Positions 58,921 through 64,000 of a stretch of 64,000 nucleotides of DNA are shown here, one piece after another. The translations under genes and the position numbers were made by a program. The notes beneath the pieces were generated by a model. That model was not told the origin of the DNA and did not search any database. It saw nothing but the letters and a program-made list of their open reading frames with translations. Where the stretch lies: contig CM120648.1 of NCBI GenBank assembly GCA_051362555.1, positions 10,102,587 to 10,166,586 on the forward strand, read 5' to 3'. How positions within the stretch are numbered: the first letter of the stretch is position 1; the number at the start of each line of letters is the position of its first letter. Source of the stretch: Lingula anatina (taxonomy: Eukaryota > Animalia > Brachiopoda).

Positions 58921-60982
58921 TTCCCGGTAATGGGCTGTCAGTCCCATATGACAATGATCATGAGGACTGTTATATATGCACACGTACATTATGTAACTTG
59001 ACAGGATACCAGTATTTTCAGTTTTACATCTGCAGCAAATGAAAACATATAGCTCTTTCATTGCTAATGGTTTTATTTATTTCCAATGCAGGGACCATAT
59101 AATTCAATCAGCATTAATGTTAGGGGATCTGCGTGCCAGGGGTACTATGCAATATGTTTGCAAATTCCTCTATGGATGTCTGAATATTCCGCACAACTGC
59201 CCATCCACCCCCTATTCAGTTCTTTACAAATCGTTTTAACCTTGGAATAAAAGGACCTGATGTAGATGTCTCGTTTGGATATGCCAGGGAGAGCTGGTGG
59301 TCTAAATGCTTACAATTCGTTCTAGTCTATGTCATGTACTTGCCAATGGTGCAAAACACCACATACTTTATTGCTGAGACTTTTTAAGGAATGGTTCGCA
59401 AGTAAGAAAAATTGCTCTTCTTTCTGGGGGAAGTGAGATTAAGTAAAAATTAATCATAAAAGGTACTTTTTATAACCTAATTTGAACATTGAGGCCGGTC
59501 GAGTCAAGGGCGTCAGCTGCTGTGATCAGTTTTTCAGTTGTGGGTATTTTAGAGAGTCATATACACTCCTCTATATTTTCGTCTTCTGTGATTGCGCTCC
59601 CAGTGTACTGGTATGAGGTTGCATGCATCAAGCCCCGTGTGTCATACACAGTAGAGAACCAGCCAGGACCATTTTCTTTGCCTGATTTTGTAAGTGAGAG
59701 ACCATTCCCAGAGACTATCGTACTAACTTTGGGTCGAACTATCTCCAAGGGGATTCTCGCTAAATCGCAATTAACTTAAGCGACTTAAAAGTCTGTCATG
59801 CCTACTGAAGCTAACAGGGGGCAATTAACTATCGTTTAGCAGCTTTAGCAGGCGTGGCAGACATCTAAGTCACTAAAGCTGAAAGCAATTTAGCGAGAAA
59901 CCATGTGGAGATGGACCAATTCTTTTACATCGATCTAGGGATGGGAACCCAGTCTTAAACTGGGATCCCTTGCCTAGAAAGACAACTTAAATGTCTGTCA
60001 CACCTTCCGAATCAGCTATGGGGTAAAGATAATTACCCGCTAACAGCTTTACTAGACGTGAGTGACATTTAAGCCGGTTAAGTTGATAGCAACTTATTGA
60101 GACTCCTCAGGGAGATAGATCGATCCTAAAAGTCTATAGACATCGTGATACAGTTTTCATATTTCTGAAAAAAAAAAACAACACACCAATGGTCCCCTCT
60201 TGAAATTAGGATTTTGACTAGCTGAATAATAGTTCTAAATCGAACCAAATGGCACCGTTCATCCTTTAAAATACCAAAATTCAGCGGAGGAGTGGGTTGG
60301 CTTCCCATCCACAGACCCCCCTTTCAAATTATCTTCGTTCCACCCCTGTGTATGGGGACATGGAAGCATGGATCAAGACTTTTAACTTAATAACAAAGGA
60401 TTTATCAAACGTATAGCAATCAAGAGACTGAAGTTCTACAAAGGAATTAGTTTAGATAAACTAATTGAGCACAGCTTTCTGTAGACTGGATAAATTAAAC
60501 AGACTGCACTAAAATGACATGGGTGCTTTTTAATAAGTCGACACAAATGCAATTGAAAGTACCCCTATAATGTTGCTAAGCCAAAGACGATTTTGTCGTG
60601 CCTAGTAGGAGCACTGGTAGGATATATTAGATTGACTGAATATCACTGATTTTAAAAGAACTTTCAACATGGCCTTCTAAGGAAGGTGCTTTCGTCGGTT
60701 TATCTAGAAAAAAGCATTTTGTGCTTTGGACAAGAAAAAAGCATTCAAACTAACTCTTATAGGGGTAACATTTTCAAACTGCTTTTATAGTATTTACCCG
60801 GCCTTAGTACCTGTACCGTACCCCCCCCCCCCACACACACACACACAAACATCCCTAACTCTCCAGGTGAAACAACTATTAAAATATTACGCTCACGGTA
60901 CTTAAAGCACAATACCCAGATTGTGAGAAGCAGCATCGGACGTTCTTCACCAACGTAAAACCTGTTGAGACGTAAAACCAAT

Positions 60983-60990
60983 ATGTTGAG
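60983..60990 (+). CDS. First coding micro-exon of a further copy (C) of the secreted-protein gene; remainder expected beyond the window
   Basis: ATGTTGAG|GTAGGT in the same context as copies A and B, followed by ~1.9 kb of homologous intron 1. Confidence 0.6.
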
Positions 60991-62932
60991 GTAGGTCGTT
61001 ATATTCACCTTCATTCCGAACCTTTAACCGTGGAATTGTAGCAATTTCAGTATGATAGCTTTAAGCGGCATTTTGATGTAGACGGTAAGGTAGACGATTC
61101 ATATAAATGCGTGAACCGGCTGAATATATGTCAATTTATATACAAAAATAAATAAATAAATAAATAAATAAATAAAAACAAATAAATTGCTTTCGGATTA
61201 TTACCAACGTTGATCTGGTTTTCACAACATCTTCAGTCCCTGAAAAAAAGGCAAGTATTCAGTAATAAAGGTTGAAGATGAAAATCAACTTGTGATAAGG
61301 AAATCCAATCCAAGCTGACAACAATAACCAGTTTCAATTATTTAATGTTCACTCACTTCTTCAGGTACATTCTGCTGATTGTGGGGAGTCCCACTCTGTA
61401 GAAAATATAAAAAGCAGGGATTCGTAAAGTTAATTTCTTAAACAGATGAATTAATTATTAACAAGTCTACTTTAGCTCTTTAAACTTTACACAAAATGTT
61501 ATAAATGAAACCAGTTTAAATCCACCAGAGCGTCCATTTCGGCATTCTGTACTGAGATTCGAACCTATATATATAATGTCTATAATGATTATATGTGTCT
61601 CATACAAGGCCTTAATTGGACACCGTGTGTGTCAGACGGCAAATTAATTAAATTAAAGCATATAGCTCTTTGCTCTATAGAACTATATTTAAGCGGGTGA
61701 CACAGATTCAACCAACGTTAATAACAGTCTCTTGCCTTGATATTCATAGCCAGGTCTCTCGATCATCATTCTCTCGGAGTTTTAATAATGAACAAATAAC
61801 TGTCCCTATCCCAAGTTTATAAGTATTAAGTTTTGAGATCTGATGGTCAATAAAATAGATAGATAGATAAATATATAGATTGATAGATAGATAAAAAATG
61901 AATAAATTTCCATACCCCAATTTTATTATTATGAAGTTTCAAGATGTGATGATCACTAAAATATAACTCGGTGTTGCACCATGTTGTTTGGTAGATAGAT
62001 AGATAGATAGATAGATACATACATACATAGGTAGGTAGACAGATAAATAGAAATTTTGTTTATTGTGAACTTTGAGCAAAAACACTGGATCGAAAGAAAC
62101 TTTTTTTTGCAATATTAGCAAGTGAAGCAGTTAAGATGCTGTTCTTTCAAATATTGCAACATAATGTCGACATAACTTCTAAGCCTATATCAAAACACCA
62201 GAAATGCCTTTCCGTGGCATGCTTTAAAATCATGCACGCTATGTTAGCTACTGTAAATGTAACCTGTGAGGATACCAGTATGTTCAGCTTTACATCGACA
62301 GCAAATCAAAATACAGTGCCGCCGGAATCTAACCTTATTTACCGTGCGGGTGCCTGCGAGTTATTCATACGGCCTGTCGCGGCAACCAAGGAAATAACGC
62401 TGTCATCCATGCCGTGTTTACTTTCTTTTAACAAAAATACTCCGTCCCTGCCCCGTAGGATAATAATCGTGTCTTAACTTCTGCTAGCAAAAGAGCCAAC
62501 TCCTAGCTTGCTGTGAAAAAGGTCGAAGCTGAGCATGGTCGCAATTTAGCGATCTCCCAAGCGTAAATTGACCGACATTGCGCGGTGGATTCAATTCACT
62601 TTGATCACTCTACTCAGATCCTAACTTAATTAATCACCCTCTCCATACCAAGGAGAGTCAGCGAAATTTAATTGGAGTAGCTGAATCACAATCCCTCGGG
62701 TCTGCATCAGTGTTTGACATGTGTCATCTCATCATACTTAACTATCAGTCCAGGTTAACTTTATACTTGCCGGGTAAACACTGTGATATAGCACTGACTA
62801 CTACACAATCACAACTATGTGACATGCGTCGTCTTAAAATGATATCCTTTCTGTTCACATGGGTTTTAAATCAAACGCCTGCCTTTATAATATTTTTTTT
62901 CAAATGATATCTAACAATGGGAATAAACTTAT

Positions 62933-64000
62933 GGCCCTGTCACACCTTGACGACACCTTCACAGCCAGCGAACGCCAACGTATAAAAAATTTGGCCAATA
63001 CGCTGGCGTATGTCGAATAAGTTACGGGTAAGTTTTGTATTAGTTAAAAGCACGCTGAAGCACGCCGGCTTACGTCGTAGTACGTCCAGGTAGTCCAAAA
63101 AAATTTGTGCATGCACAAAACTTTTCGACGTATGTCAACGTATGATTCATACGTCCAGCATAGGCGGGCAATAAGTTATGCGATTGTTGACACCAGTTCA
63201 CACACGTTAAGCTTCGGTCACAACCGGCCGTACGGGCTCTTACGGGCTGTTTGCGTCCAAATTTTGCGCAGAATCTCACGTCCCACGCAAGTCCTTCTTA
63301 CGGAATTTGGAGTTCGCAGACAGCCCATAAGCACGTACGGAGGATGTTGGACATGTCCAAAAGATTCTACGAATAGCTTGCGAACAGCGAGGCCGCAAGC
63401 GTAACTTGCTCCCCTCGCACGGAGTTAGCAAGAGTGTCGCGCGTTGTGCAAGACGCACGTCGCAAGCTATAAAGGAACAAGTGCCCTTTGCGTGTTGAGT
63501 AAAGCCTAGGTCCCAACTACGTTTTGGACGCACGGTTTTAGGTTCCTTGCGTCCGTCTAGGACGTAGCTAGATCGCAAGGAAGAAATCAAGTAAAGCCTA
63601 GGTCCCAACCGAACGTACGGGCTGCTGCGTGTGGTCTACGGCCAAAAAAAAAATGGGGAAAACGTGGGAGTTCGTACGTGAGGAGCACGTCCATCGTGCG
63701 ACTTTTGGAGGACGCAAACAGCACGTAGAAACTTTTCGACATGATCAACAGCGGCTACGTGCGATCTAGCTACGTCCTAGCCGGTGGGAACCAGAAAAAA
63801 CGTGCGTCCAAAACGTAGTCGGGACCTAGGCTTAAGGCGCACGCCCTCACAACTAACGAACAAAGTCGAGGGCACACCGGGAAAGCGTCGCACGTACGTC
63901 ACCCCCAAGCCTGGTGTATAAAAGGCGTGCTCACGACGCACGTTTGTGTCTTTACAATGAACGTCGACTGTGTAACGTGTGCAACAATTTTTAACATTTT
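62933..64000. mobile_element. GC-rich Harbinger-like element (left end ggccctgtcacac) running off the window
   Basis: Homology to unit A stops abruptly at ggaataaactta. The sequence after it is CpG-rich and begins with a GGCC-type TIR. Confidence 0.6.
63503..63832. mobile_element. MITE with TAA target-site duplication (PIF/Harbinger-like), nested in the previous element
   Basis: TAA|agcctaggtcccaactacgttttggacgcacg ... cgtgcgtccaaaacgtagtcgggacctaggct|TAA. Confidence 0.85.

Larger units (their letters stand above)
41240..62930. repeat. Tandem segmental duplication: units at ~41240-50700, ~50720-57620 and ~60885-62930 (partial)
   Basis: Long collinear similarity including introns. Each unit begins acgct[cg]acggtact..aagcacaat.cccagatt.tgag. 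Confidence 0.95.

Noticed and set aside
63070-63608. Overlapping ORFs in the GC-rich end of the window
   Set aside because: They fall within nested non-autonomous transposons and show no transposase motifs.

Overview
AT-rich, intron-containing animal (probably marine invertebrate) genomic DNA with many microsatellites and non-autonomous transposons. From left to right: the 3' end of an apolipoprotein-L-like ORF; a GDP-fucose transporter (SLC35C1, minus) head-to-head with a 12-exon PIGA (plus); a minus-strand EF-hand gene of the sarcoplasmic Ca-binding protein/aequorin family with an apparent signal peptide; a pentraxin gene with two frameshifts; and an 8-exon CYP2-clan P450 (minus) whose fifth intron holds a complete antisense carboxylesterase gene. 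From about 39 kb there is a tandem array (two intact copies, one relic, one running off the window) of an unrecognised 5-exon, ~240-aa secreted protein whose copies differ mostly at non-synonymous sites. The window also has an intact-looking minimal type I hammerhead ribozyme (57931-57971) at the axis of a 170-bp palindrome, plus several decayed hammerheads, one directly downstream of a Penelope-like element C-terminus. All exon models and counts were read by eye; no searches were run.
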